DNA of 60,084 nt, the filler included, from Dugesia japonica (Eukaryota), in NCBI GenBank assembly GCA_001938525.1. It is 5 parts of 5 records of this genome, joined end to end, with 100 filler letters (N's around TTAATTAATTAA, not from the genome) between each part and the next. Parts side by side here need not be neighbours in the genome. Positions count along the whole stretch, not along the records: positions 1 to 13,970 come from MQRL01647623.1; 4 more parts are not named here. One strand, 5' to 3'. The position numbers were made by a program, and so were the translations under genes. Positions 1-13,494 of this stretch are shown piece by piece. Within the stretch, counting starts at the first letter, position 1. Every line of letters begins with the position of its first letter. The notes beneath the pieces are model-generated. The model ran no database searches. It was not told the origin of the DNA and saw only the letters and a program-made list of their open reading frames with translations.

Positions 1-50
<50 letters not shown>
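1..50. repeat. (TAA)n microsatellite
   Basis: Perfect ATA/TAA trinucleotide run at the window start. Confidence 0.98.
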
Positions 51-51
<1 letters not shown>

Positions 52-1099
52 GCATAACTGGACCATTAATAATAATTGATCCATTCATAATTTTGTATTC
101 TAATGTCAAAGCATTCTAATATTTCACATATCCATAATACATTTCCATAAAAATAAAAACCTAGATATTTAAATTTATATAAATTTATATTTTAAATGGA
201 ATTTAAAAAAAACAAAGTATATTATCACTTTCCTCCACTTTCTGTTTCATGGAGTTAATCGATTTGGTGAGTGACACAATTAATGACTATGAATCGGAAA
301 ATTAATTATTAAACAACCATTAGCCAAATAATTCACAGAATAGCATCAGGTGATAAATATGTTAGAAATTACTCAAACAAATGGTGCATGAGTGTATACC
401 ATATAGTAAACACGAAGAATGAACTAAAGTGAAATATATTTTTTTCAAAATAATTATTATTTTGTAAGAAAAAAAAACATGTTACATTGAACCAACAAAT
501 ACCATCATCATAAACCATGTTGCATTAATCCAAAAGAGAGAAATGCGTAGGTGGAAGATATCAACCTATCACGAGCAGGCAGATTGAAAGATTAATCAGT
601 CGGAAGAAGAGAACAGAAAATAGAAATATTCAACTATTCGAAAAGAAGAAAAACAAAAATCAAAGTAGGATATAAGCCGTTATGATTCAGTCACAAAGAA
701 TCATCATAACCATCGTAAATTTTTTGCTTAAATAAGCAAACAAAAATTCTCAAAAGTGAAGTATTACCAATAATATTAAAATTCAAGCCCAATGAATCAA
801 TAATGCACTGACCGATTTCAAACCTACAATTAATGCTTCCAATCCTGGAGAGTTCTGTCAGAACAAGAATTATGGTATTGGAACGTCTTAATCCCGGGAC
901 CCTGGTGATTTGGCATTTTGTCAAAACGACACCTCGATATTAAGACACTTTGAAAAAATTATATACTTTTTTCCTTTCATCGATAAAACCTGCTGTTGGT
1001 GATGGACCTGTACCAAAACATAACAAGTTGAAGTTATCCCAATATAGGGTTACAGGAAATACAACTATAATTTGATTTAAACAATTAAGTCAAAATATT

Positions 1100-1900
1100 A
1101 AAATTACTGGACAGCTTTTGCAGGAAAATGTTAAAGAAATGGCTGTTGAATTGGGTGTTAGTGAATTTCAAGCATGTAATAAATGGTTGCAAGAATTTGG
1201 TCGATTGTATTTAAAACAAATCAAGGGGAAGCTGATCCAATCAATATGGCAGAACTGAATACTTAGCAATATACCAAGTTACAAGTTGACATAAAGGAAT
1301 TTTCACCTAATGATGTTTTCAATGCAGATGAAACCGGCTTATTTTGGAGATTTTTTACCAAATAAAGCATCATTTAAGGACGAACGTTGTACAACTGGTA
1401 AGAAAAGCAAAGGGTGTATTACCATTTTAATTGGCTCCCGGAAGTGAAACAATACTTCTTTTAGTTATTGGAAAGCCTATGAAACTATGATGATTTAAAA
1501 ATTTTACATTTCCGGGCAGTATACAACAAATACTACAATTTGTATGAAAGCAAACATTTTTTATACGTTTCTTCAATTCATAGGAAACTTCGGCACACTA
1601 ATAGAAACATTTGATTATTTCTTGATAGTTGTTCTGCCCACATCAAATATTTTGTTATCAAACATATTCCTTAAATTTTTTAATCTAATAAAACAGCTGA
1701 AGCTCAGCAAATGGACCAGGGAATTATTTCAAATCCAAAAGTTCGCTATAGGCGATTTGATTGAGACAAGAGATCCATTGCATTTATAATGAAAATCCAT
1801 CCAATTTTAATTTCCTTGATATATTGCATCTTCTTAAAAGATCTTTGGTAGCAGTAACTTGGGAAACAATAACAAGATGCTTCGCAAAAAGAAAATCCAT
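1100..1900 (+). pseudogene. Tigger/pogo (CENP-B HTH + DDE_1) transposase remnant
   Basis: Hand translation gives TGQLLQEN..EFQACNKWLQEF (HTH end), NADETGLFWR at 1321 and QQMDQGII at ~1705. Multiple frameshifts and stops. Confidence 0.85.
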
Positions 1901-2059
1901 AATTTCAACATGGATTACTTGAGAAATCCACCATTTTTAATGAATAACTTTCATTTCACTGGGAAGCATTTAGAGTCAAATATCCTATAAGCGAAGAAAT
2001 CTCCGTAATAACCTATATTGAATCTAATAAAAAACTAATTACTGGTGGTATTATGTGAA

Positions 2060-2760
2060 AAAGGGGTTTAGAAAACTAAAAATATATTATGTTTCTAAAA
2101 TCATGTTTAAAAAACATTATGGTTTTAGATGGAGTTGCATATCAAAAACATGACTAATTATAAAAATTATAAATCGATAAGAAAACATTTTTTTTAACAA
2201 TACGACATTTTTGAAGTGGATTTAATGGTAAAATACGTTGTTGTGTACGAACAATTATATTAACCTGCCATTAGATGTTGAAAAAAATTTTAGAAAAATT
2301 AGTTAGTATTATACCGTAATCATATTTTTCATCAAATAAACTGGGCAGTCTTGAGTACATTATTCAAGTTAATGAAACGATTCCGAATTTTAAAATGAAA
2401 TGTTATCATGGACTTCTGAGAAATTCGACAGATTCATTGTTATTTTTGATTTTGTTGGTAATAATGTATTTACAAATTTTTTTTTACAAAAGAGCTTTAG
2501 CAATTGTACCAATTGTTTTCTTTAGAAGGTTAGTAATGAGATAATTTAGACTGGTAAACATCGCAATATAGCAACTTATTGGCTTTAGTTTATAAATGAC
2601 TCAGGGTCATATTTATGAATTTATTAATAATATAAGTGACATAAATACACAAGTCGTATTATAGGGTTTCCATAATGAAATGAAACTTTAAATAAAAAAG
2701 CAAAATATTTGTCAGCAGATCTACATGTTTTTTTTTGAAAAATTGTTTTATTTAAAGCAA
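2060..2760 (+). pseudogene. Merlin (IS1595-like) transposase remnant
   Basis: KLGSLEYIIQVNETIPNFKMKCYHG (~2338-2412) resembles Merlin GGxGxIVQIDETxxxxKxKxHRG. YEFINNISDINTQVV..FHNEMKL (~2614-2690) resembles the NTQxxES motif. Confidence 0.7.
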
Positions 2761-3525
2761 TCGAATATATTTTTTTGAAGCTATCTTGAGTTTATTACAA
2801 TTTGATTTTAAATTGACTTTTTAACTTGATTTAAATAGCTCCTTAATTGATTCAAAATATTCATGTTAATTTACTTTTGATTAAAGAGATTTATAAGTAC
2901 CGACAATCCTGGTATTCGGACTAATCTCAGAACCGGGATTACGATGCCAGAAAAGTACGAGATTCTCGGGAATGGAAGCACTATTTACAATTAGACTTAA
3001 GAAGCTACAAAGTTGATGATAAAGTTTAAATGAAGTAGCTTAAAGATTTAATAGTCAATACTACTGCTATTTAAGAATTTCATATGCCTGATTTTTGAAT
3101 GTTGAGTGTAATAAAGTCGGAAAATTATTATTAAGGAAAATTGTCCAAATAAATGACATGTCCCATCAACGAAGTTACATTTTGTTGGGCTGGAACAGCC
3201 AAAAGAAAGTTAAATTTAAATCATAATTAAAGAAGTTGGTTATAACAGAAAACGGAAGAGTTAAAGTTAAGAAGGAATACAATAAATAATAAATACTAAA
3301 AAGTTGTTAAGATGAGAAAATGAATTAATATTATAAAATAAAATAGAATTCAAACNNNNNNNNNNNNNNNNNNNNNNNNNNNNNNNNNNNNNNNNNNNNN
3401 NNNNNNNNNNNNNNAAAAATTATTAACAAGGTTGACATTATCATGTAGAAAAATAAAGAATAATGAAACTTGTTATGGTGGATATAATTATTTATAAAAC
3501 AAATATTAATACAAGTAGTTTATAT

Positions 3526-3847
3526 CAGTTGTCGCCAACCTTTTGGACTTTATGCACCACTAAAATAATAATATTTAATCCGACGGACCAATGATATAAT
3601 AATATTTGTTAATAATTTCTCAGTAATTATTTAATAGTCTTTAATTTAAAGCACCCGAAATTCTGGAATCTCTTCAGAAATATCCAGTGAAAAGTACAGC
3701 CGAGGGCCAGCAACTGATGTTACATCTTTAACATATTTTTTTTGTAGCGAATATAACGGTATTTTTAAAAATAATCGACTGGGTTTAAAGAATTAAACAT
3801 GCCATTTTTAACCAAAGTTTTTGCGGATCACTGGTTGGAGACCACTG
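3526..3847. mobile_element. hAT/Charlie-type MITE
   Basis: TIRs CAGTTGTCGCCAACC / GGTTGGAGACCACTG (13/15). Flanks gtttatat / gtctatga, a decayed 8-bp TSD of Charlie-like target type. Confidence 0.8.
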
Positions 3848-4819
3848 GTCTATGATATGTAATTTGAAAAAAAATTAGCAAATAATGTACAGAATTATAT
3901 TATAATAGTATAACAAACAAGACATATTAAAATAATTATGGTTAGGAAATTATAGAAGCAGTATAATCGTATTATTATTATAATAAGATAATTAGTTGTC
4001 ATTATCATTATTAACAGAATGAATAAATAATATGATTAAGTATAGTGATACCAAATAATATTAATTCTTATTTATATTTATGTGTAATGTTATTATTATA
4101 AGTCATTGGAGTCAGAATTTGGAAAGAAATATCAAGAAAAGAAAAAAATCATGTTAACAAGAGCGGTTAGCATACGAAAATATTATTTTCAATAAATAAT
4201 ATTTTTCGCTAATAAAACTTTTTTGGCGACATAAGTCACCCACCAGTTTATTCAATCAGTCGAAAAACAAAATAGTTCAAGTAATATGTCGAATTTGATG
4301 ATGACCTCGTCATCTTTCAAAAAAAAGGAATAGAAAATAGTATACCAATACGGCGAAGGATCAACAAAAGCATAAAATTATATAGAAAACATGATCAGAT
4401 GTTGAACNCAGAATGCATTCAACCAGAATTGACGAGTAGAATTATGATATAAAAGCACAGAAAAGATTGTACAAAATTAATCATTATTTTTTTCAATTAA
4501 AAGGAGAGCAGAACTCTCGTAATAATCATCAATCCTCAGTGAAGGAAACTATTCTCGGCTTAATTAATATTGAAGGGATTAACTTTAAAAACGGATAATC
4601 AACACAGAATTAACACAGGTGAGTTCTCAGACGAAATTTATCAATAGAAATCTTACCATGATCAATAATTATTATTTGTATTTAATCCAAGTAAAATTAA
4701 CTGACCTCTTGCGAGACATCTATATGAAATTTCTTTGTGATGAATATGAAAACAATCTGAAATGAAGTGTTTAAACAGAGAGATTATGAAGAGGAAAATG
4801 GTCTGAAATGAAAAATAAT

Positions 4820-5080
4820 CTGGCGGAAAATATTAAAATGCTGAATAAACTAAAAATGTTAAAATGTTGAACAGTCAGAAGATATTAATATGCTCAATAA
4901 ACCGAAAAGGTTACATTGCTGAATAAACAGAAAATGCTAAAATGCTGAATAAGAAAGAAACGAAAAATTCTGAATAAGCAAAAAACGAAGATGCTGAATG
5001 AACGGGAAATATTAAAACGCTGCAGAAAATGTTAAAATGCTGAGTAAATATAAAATGTCAAAATTTTGAAGAAAAACAGA
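4820..5080. repeat. degenerate ~27-bp minisatellite (core AAAATGCTGAATAA)
   Basis: About nine imperfect units of gaaaatgttaaaatgctgaataaac. Confidence 0.7.
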
Positions 5081-5121
5081 AGAGGGCGGATCCAGGCTAC
5101 AAATAAAATTATGCTAATTAA

Positions 5122-6066
5122 CCCTTCTGTAGGCACGAAAAAGCTTAGGTAACAGGGTACCTGTGTATTTTATAAACATAAGTATTTCATATTATAAGTC
5201 ATTTTATATATAAAAAGAAAAAATTTATATGAGCACAACTTTATCTAACGGTAAATTATATTTTATTATTCTCAATAATTATTTAAACTTGATGTAATGA
5301 TTGATTGATTCTAATTTAATTTAAAACTTCATAGAATACATTGTGCATATAATTTTTTAGAAATTTTNATTGTGATAAAATATTTTCTGATTAGACATTT
5401 CGGTAAGTAAATAGTAAAATTTTATTTTGCTAATTAAACACTTATAAACAAATAATCATGCACTAAATTTAATTACTAGTGTCTTAATAATTATTTCTGA
5501 AAATGCGTTATGTAAATATTAATGTTTTTAGTGAAAATGAGAAGTGGAAAAATAAGTTTTAACCAAGTGACTTATGAAAGACAACAACAAAATTTGAAAG
5601 AGCTTTATTATTGTAGTAATTCAAGTGAACATGAAAATGTTGATTATGAAGAATATTTACCTCGAATAACATCCAATGAAATCAACAAGGCTTATATTAA
5701 CGGAAATTAAAGGTAGCGAACTTCAAGAAATTTATTCATCTTCATTTGGCTTCTCTGATGATTATATTATGGTGTATTCACATGTAACGAAAAAAAGATA
5801 AATCAATTTTATTACTGTCTACTGCACATTGCAATAAAGTTGTGCCATCGGATTCCAAAAGAAAATCGAATGTAGTTGAGTACTATTACAGTACAAAAGG
5901 TGGGGTTGACACTTTGAATCAAATGCTCAGTAGCTACCCCACTAAACGTCGAACAATAAGGTGGCCAGTTGCATTTTCTTTTCATTTATATTTATATAAA
6001 AGCCACTGTGGCAATCAAAAAATATATATAATCACAAAAATTTTAATAAATCTCTACACTGATTGA
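5122..6066 (+). mobile_element. piggyBac remnant (left end + C-terminal transposase fragment)
   Basis: TTAA|CCCT at 5118-5125. LLSTAH...KSNVVEYYYSTKGGVDTLNQM...TKRRTIRWPVAF matches the piggyBac YNxTKGGVD..RRWP block. Confidence 0.85.
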
Positions 6067-8874
6067 TTCAACAAATCTTAGAAAGAGTAATAACTATTAA
6101 ATTATTTTCCAGAAAAACAATACTGTGGAAGAGAGGAAATGAAAAATAAAAGAAAACAAAATAAAATTATAAATATAAATTTAATTAAACCTCAAACGCT
6201 CAAAATAAATCAAAACATATCAAATAGTAAAATTTAAATGATTATAATACACCACAGCCTCGAGTTACGCCGTAAATAGGTTCCAAAAAAAACGACGCAA
6301 CTCATAACGACGCAACTCAGAATATAATAGAGTATAAATAATAAAATCGAGAAACGAAACAGACGATTATGATAGAGTAAATGTCACGAAATGAATGTTA
6401 CTATTAACGCTCTGAGGGGAGGTCTTAACAAAGGATTAAAGTTACTTGTGTGTGGTGATGAGAGATAAATGTGAATATGGTAGAGATATATTGTGGCAAA
6501 GTAAACGAGAACGAGCATAATATGACGAGGTATAGCTGATTTGCGAGTAACTAGTTTCAGTAAAATGGGAAATAAACATAATCGATAAGTGGTGGTTGAT
6601 TCTTATTGACATATTTCTTTATATTTACGATAAATAATAGACAATGATGTAAAATTTCTATGAAAATATCACCTCGATTTTATAAACCGTCTTTAAGTTG
6701 TTATTTTATTTGATGTTCAATTTAATAATTCTAATGGTGAATTATCGATATTAGCAGTCACTTAATTTATAATTTTTGCTTAATTAACTTATATTATTAT
6801 TTCATTTAGTTTCACGTATGATAAGATACTTTGAATTTTACATAAATTTTTATAATTTTAATGTTTTATTGATTATTTATTCATCACATTTAAACATTAT
6901 GTTGATTGATAATCTTCATTTGGATTTATTATTTTTACTTTCTAATCTGTCGTATTATTTATAAGTGTTATGTTATTTATTCATATTTATTTTAATTTTA
7001 TTAATGAAAATGTAAATTTTAAAGTATCTACATGCATGAGTGTATTTAGAAAAATATTAGAAAAAATCGATTCTTAGCAAACGTGGAAAATTAGAAAAGT
7101 TTATTCAAACCTATTCTTGCNAACTAAAGTTGGGAAGTTAATATTGACACAATAAAAGTTCAAATTAAATCAAGAAAGTAACAGAATGAAAATTAACCAG
7201 AATTGTATGTCTCAAAAGAATTTATAATTTCAAAATACTTAAGAAAATTTATTCAAAGTTATCTTACAAATTAAAGTAACTATTTATTAAAAAAGGTTGC
7301 TAAAATTTTGTTACCAGTTTATTTTTAAATTGCTATTCATATTCATATACATCAATAAATCTTGAATCAGGCATTGTACTATAGTCATATATATAATTAT
7401 AAACCTAGACCTTCAGAACATTTTCTTTTTAATTGGAGACTCCGTTGAGTTCTACAGTATTTTCTTATATATTAAATACATATAACTAAAATAATTATAA
7501 ATAAAGCAAATAATTGTAGACTATTCATAAGGAATAGGAATCAACATACGATTATCCATAATAGTAACAATTAAGATTAAGTAATCAACCTCTACGCTAT
7601 CCCAATGACATAATAATAAGTTTTATATTATGGATATTATTACGAAATTTATTTACTTTATTTATTTATTACGTAATTTTATTAATAAACATGATTTCGT
7701 ATTTCATTTATAGCTTTAGTATCTTAGAATTGATCAATTATTCTTCACGATGAAAAGGGGTATCCCGACCATCATCAACGTCGAACACCTAGTCGAACTG
7801 ATATTTTGGAAAATAAAGCTCTTCCTAACAAATTTCATCCAAGTGATCATTTACCATTATATTATGAGCTTTCTTTTTTATAAAATGGCAATTTAATAAA
7901 ATTTGATGTTTAAATATTTTAGAAATATTGAATTTATTCTTACTTTTTGCATTGTATTCCTTTTTGATATATTTTTTATCGTAAATATTAATTAAATAAA
8001 TGTTTTTTAAATTTTAATTATTTATCAGTTTCTTATATATTTTTAATATCGTGTTGTACACGAGGTGAAATCATTTATTATAGAAATACAATAGAGCAAT
8101 GTTTCTCAAAGTTGGCTACTCGAGAAAATATCAATAACGATTCTTCAATAGATTGATGCATAAATTCGTGAGGTTATTTTAACACACAAAACATTTTAAT
8201 TTTTATGTAAATATTATACAAAGTTAATCAGTTATATATGCTCCTCGATTGCGCATTAGTTCTTCTACCTATCGACAAGATTATCTATTTCCATGCTTTA
8301 AAAAATTTTGAACCAAAGAATTCATCAAGTTAATTTCGGATATCTGTGTCGCTTTTGAGGGTAATCTCTGAAAGAGAATACTGAAAGTTCCGGAAGAGAT
8401 GGGGATCCGATGTAGCAAGATCGAGATAGTAGGATGTGAGAGAAAATCCAGTGTGCAACCTAGCGTTGGGTTATAAATTAATTTACACATATTTGCATTC
8501 CTATTATACTTCTTTTTTCAGAGATTTCCACCTTTCAGTTATTATTCTTCTATCGAATTCTTTCTTGTTATTTATTTCTTGGTTAATTATATATTTTGTT
8601 TGGTCATAATTTTTATTTTGTCGTTAATTTATTTTTTATTAGTTTATTGGTGTTTTCCTTTTAATTGTAATAGTATTTAAATCAATATCTGATTATTGTT
8701 CTTACATTATGAAGAAAAATTAAAATTTTTAAAAATCAATTTTCTGGTTTTAAAGTTATACCTGATTTTTCAGAGTTTCTAATTTTATCTATATCGATGA
8801 AAATTAGATATACCTTAAAATAGTGATTATTTGAAAAGAATTTTTATTTATTAAATTATTTTGTTTACTCCACA

Positions 8875-10011
8875 ATGTCTTTACATTTTCTAAGTAGTAA
8901 TAAAGGTCGAGATCTATTAGTATTAGATGGATATACTTATCGTTTTGAAAAAAGTATAAAGGAAAAAAAGCATTAGAAATGCACAGAATATGCCAAATTA
9001 AAATGTCATGCTCGATGTCATACGAAAAATGAAGATGTCTTGAAAGTTTCTACACATAATCACGTTCAAGATCCTTCAAAGGTTTTAGCCAGAGAAACAA
9101 TGGATAAATTAAAATTACGTGATAAATCTAAACAGGAATTTACTCATCAGATCGCAGCTGCCACATTACGAGATGTTTGTCCGAATGTATCTGCTCAACT
9201 CCCACCAATAAGATNCATAAAACCAAAAATTTGAAGAATTCGATGTAAAACTAGATAGTCTTTAACAAGTTCATTATATCTAGAGGTTCTGTAAATCCCA
9301 GAAAGATGTAAGAAGACATTCAGTGGAAAAGATTTTCTTATGTATGGCATTGGTAAAGGAAATCAACGATGTTTAATATTTACAACATCACAAAATTTAT
9401 TATTGATGTCAGAATGCCAAAACTGGTATGTTGATGGAACTTTCAAGGTCATACCACCTCTATTCAATCAAGTTTATACAATTGATGCTGTGAAGTACTG
9501 TAATATAGTTTCAACTGTCTTTGCTTTGATGTAAGATAGAACCACAGCGAGCTTCATCCGAATTTTAACTGAATTGAATAAACTCAAGCCTCATATGAAA
9601 TCGCTAACGATAATGACAGACTTTTAACATGGAGCACCATTAGTTTTCAAGAAGGTGTTTTCAGATGTAGAACAACTTGGATGTTTGTTCCAAATGAATC
9701 AAGGTCTTGGGCGAAGAATCCAACAAATTAGTGAGCTTCAACAACAATACAAATCTGATCCAGAATTCGCTTTGCATTTGAAACATTTAGTTTCACTTGC
9801 ATTTGTACCAAAAATCGATGTAGTCAAATCATTCGAACATTCACCGAATTCTTTATTCTTCATCGAAAATGAATCAAGTCTTCGACAAATTATCAATTAC
9901 TTGAAGATAATTGGGCTGGTAAACAAACGAGGAGAAATGGACGGAGCCAACCATTATTTGATATATCATTCTGGAATTGTTATGACGGAGTTATCAATGA
10001 TTTATTTTTAA
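8875..10011 (+). pseudogene. MULE (Mutator-like) transposase with N-terminal FLYWCH zinc finger, disrupted
   Basis: ATG at 8875: MSLHFLSSNKGRDLLVLDGYTY..*KC....KCHARCHT...HNH (FLYWCH). Then WYVDGTFKVIPPLFNQVYTI, GCLFQMNQ and LVSLAFVP. Stops and frameshifts throughout. Confidence 0.9.
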
Positions 10012-11234
10012 ATGTCTTTTTCCTCTACTACCGTGTTGAAATAAAAGCATCCAATGATAAATCGATTATGATAAACTTAGGTTATTGAAAGATAATTGCG
10101 AAAATTATAAGTTGATAATAAATAAACTTTATTAATATACAATCGTTTTTGACAATAACCATAAAGCAAACCTGACATCTTTCATTTTTTTAGTGTCGAA
10201 TGCAAGAAAACTAACCGCAGAAAAGACCGTGACCAATATACGCAAGAAGTGGAACTCGATGCTCAAAAAATTCCCGAACGAGATAGCGGAGCTTCAACGG
10301 AAGAACACTCTGCTCCGAGAGAAGAAAAACCAGTTAAAGAAACGAGATCTTGTCCTCTAGCAAACATGTCGCATGATGGTCGACATTAATAAGGCATATG
10401 TTGATCGAGAAGGTGTACTAATCGCAACGGTAAGGACGCTAACACAGACATCGCGGATGGAGAAGGAGATAATGAAGTAGATGATAAAGGAAGTTATCGA
10501 TCTGGATGAATAGCGAACTGTGTATGTAAATAAAATTTTATCACAAAAGTTTTTGAGTTCTTGTAATAATGGGGATTTATAAAGGTTATGAAATTAAACA
10601 GTAACTGCAGCCAAAAAAATCAAGATTGAAATCAAAGAAATACCGCGAAGTCCCGCATCGACTCCAAGTAGATCAAACAATACACGAGGCATTTTCAAAT
10701 TTCTGCCGGCTTCGGGGTATCTACCCCTAGAAGATATTAATCCAAAGGAGAACAATATAAAGAAGAATAGTTTAGAAGAAAGAAAGTGTCTATCGGAGAG
10801 AATTAATAACATCAAAAGCATCAAAGCCCAACATATGTATAGACACAGTAAGCTTTAAAAAAGTACTGTGCATTTCCCTTCTCACACAAAACATTGCGTA
10901 TAGGTTAGAAAAAAGAAATAAAACCATCAATTAAAAAAAATTTTCAAGAATTTTCATACAGCCTTAACGTGAAGAAATGAAATTGATTTTTGTATAGCTT
11001 TTATTTTGTGTAACATTATTTTTTTTGGCTTTTAAAAAAGTCGGTTGTTTAATAAATTGCTTTAAAATATTCGTAAATTTAATTAATTATTGTATAATCA
11101 ACAATCAATAATTGTTACTATTTGATATCACTAGTAATACAATTTGTGGTTGCATTTATTTGAAGTGGTAAATTAAAATTAATTAGATTTTCTTTCATAA
11201 TTAAATCTCTGGTTTTTTAACCTTTTCAAAAAAC

Positions 11235-12100
11235 TTCGAGGTATGGTAGTTTTTTAAGAAAGACAAAAAGAAATCGATGAAGCCACATGTGGTACGTGCA
11301 ACACGAACATAGGATGGATAAGTTAAACCACTGCTATGATTAACCATTTGAAGCTACGACACGACATATCTAAATGGGCATCAAGTGAAAATGATATAGA
11401 AAATAATATTCATAAGAAAAAACAAAAAACTTAAGCAAGTACTTTTTTGGCAATTTGTAAAAGAATCTTTAAATGAATTATTGTCAAAAGTCCCAGCTTT
11501 TGATGGAATGACGATCACAGCAATAAGTGAATCTCAAACTATAGCTGCTTACGTGCAACAAAAAGTTTATAAAATGCCAAAAAGTCCGACAACTATTTTA
11601 AAATGCATCAATAGCGTTTATTAAGAAAAATCTATTGAACTGCGGGACAAATTAGAAAAATTAAAAACAGCAAATCGTAAATTTCCTATTACAGTTGATT
11701 GGAGAGATTGGACTATTTTACGTTATGAAAACATAACAGCTCATGTGCTTGAAATTGAATACTGTGTTCTGGGTTTGACAGAAATAATTAAGCAGGGAAA
11801 TGCAAAAACAATTAAGCATATGATTGAAGTTAAGTTGACAGACTTTGGGACTTTCATAAAAAATGATGTTACTGCAACAACTAACTATTCAGCAGCCGTA
11901 ATGAAAAAATATGGCAATATATTAGGTGTTTTAAATCAACTTTGCCATAATCACGCAATCAATTTATCCGTGATGGATTGCTTTTATAAACCGAAAAATT
12001 CTATTCCCAATTAAGTGTTTGACGATACCGCAAATTTGTTGATGGTGATATGGAAGAAGAAGATTGTGGAAATTAGTGGACATTTAAAACCAAAAAATTA
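11235..12100 (+). pseudogene. hAT transposase remnant with BED zinc finger
   Basis: EVW*FF..ATCGTCN..TTAMINHLKLRH (BED finger), and NQLCHNHAINLSVMD (CxxH motif) in ORF 11745-12014. Confidence 0.85.
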
Positions 12101-12322
12101 TGGCAAAGCAAACTATTCCGAATTAGAAGTAAAGTAATCTCCCTTATAAACTTTCAACAAAATTACTTTTGATTTCGCGTGCATCAAGTGTCACTGGTAA
12201 TCCTCAAAATAACATGATTTCACATAAAATGAAAATCCACGGAAGGATTCAAAATTTACTTATGACATAATATCAGTTTATTATAATTTGTAAATCTTTT
12301 TTGTTTGGTAATTAGTTTAAAT

Positions 12323-12657
12323 CATGGGTGGGCAACCCAAATGATCTTAAGGGCCACTTTGTAAATGCATCATAACTCTGCGGACCGCATATAAAATTAT
12401 ATCCATATATTAGATTTAGAGTCTAAATCTATAAACATTTTTTTGGAGTGAAAAATTGTATCATAATGAGTTATTATTATTGTGTTTACTATTTTTAGTT
12501 TACTAATTTTATGTTTACTATTTCTTACATTTAAACAGATAATATAATAATAATGATATCAAACTCACATTGTAACACTAGAAATGAAATATAAAAATAT
12601 ATAATATTGAAAATATTTATCGAAAAGATGTTCAAGGCCTCGTGTTGGCCACCCATG
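12323..12657. mobile_element. hAT MITE
   Basis: TIRs CATGGGTGGGCAAC / GTTGGCCACCCATG; 8-bp TSD gtttaaat / atttaaat (7/8). Confidence 0.9.
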
Positions 12658-12849
12658 ATTTAAATTATAACAGGGATGGCATTTATTCTTGGCACACCAA
12701 AAAATCTAGAATATCATTAAAAATAAATAATAAATGAATAAAATAATTTAGAGAATATTCTTTCTGTTTGTAATAAATTATTTACTAATATATGTTTTAA
12801 TTGAAATAAAAATAATTAATGGTCGCTCGATTAAAATGATAACAAATAA

Positions 12850-13195
12850 AAATGCAGAAATTGTAATATGTACGAAGCTTTGTAAATACATGGACCGTTG
12901 ATTACGACTTTGTTTAACATGGAGATAAGAGTTGTTGTTGTCGTCTATGATCTGATATTATTGGCGAACGTCATCTATCAAGCGACATTTTGAAATTCGC
13001 TATAAAGAAATTAAAATATCGAAGAAAGAACAAAAACAGTTCTATTTGCACAGAATCCAAAAATTACTTGAAAGATGGAGGAAATTTGTTACTAGTGATG
13101 GCAGTTTTTTTGAATAAAGTACTTTTGATGTTTCTTTTGAATTTATCTTGTTTTCCTTGATTACAAATCCACATGATTAACCGATACATCTAGTA
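12850..13195 (+). mobile_element. mariner remnant (C-terminus and probable right TIR)
   Basis: KLLERWRKFVTSDGSFFE* at ~13060-13118 matches the mariner C-terminal KLPERWxKxVxxxGxYFE* motif. It is followed by a TA-terminated end (gatacatctagta). Confidence 0.7.
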
Positions 13196-13494
13196 TTTAT
13201 TACAAGAAAATTATAAAATGCACGTTGAATAAAAACACGAGAACAGGAAAAAATTGCATTGATATTTTTTTAAAATTTTAGTACATTGATAAAATCCTGT
13301 TTGTCATCCCTGAATTATACTAATCCGCATTATAAAATCTTTTGTAACGATTTTAGGAAAGTATTTCAATTTTAAACAGTATATAGGTATAAAAATTATA
13401 TTAACAAGAAACTTTTAATTCAATAGATTAATAAAAAAATGTATTATAAATCTTTCACAGCAATAATATTTTGGCAATTAATAAAATATCTTAC

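Larger units (their letters stand above)
831..2983. mobile_element. hAT-type non-autonomous element (TIR pair) enclosing Tigger and Merlin fragments
   Basis: Left end TAATGCTTCCAATCC (831) vs reverse complement of right end TAGTGCTTCCATTCC (ending 2983), 13/15 match. Flanking 8-mers cctacaat / tttacaat (6/8) fit a decayed 8-bp TSD. CCGGGA-type subterminal motifs lie inside both ends. Confidence 0.6.

Noticed and set aside
6247-6325. Tigger-like left terminus (TACAC...CCTCGAGTTACG)
   Set aside because: No matching right TIR found, so no element could be delimited.
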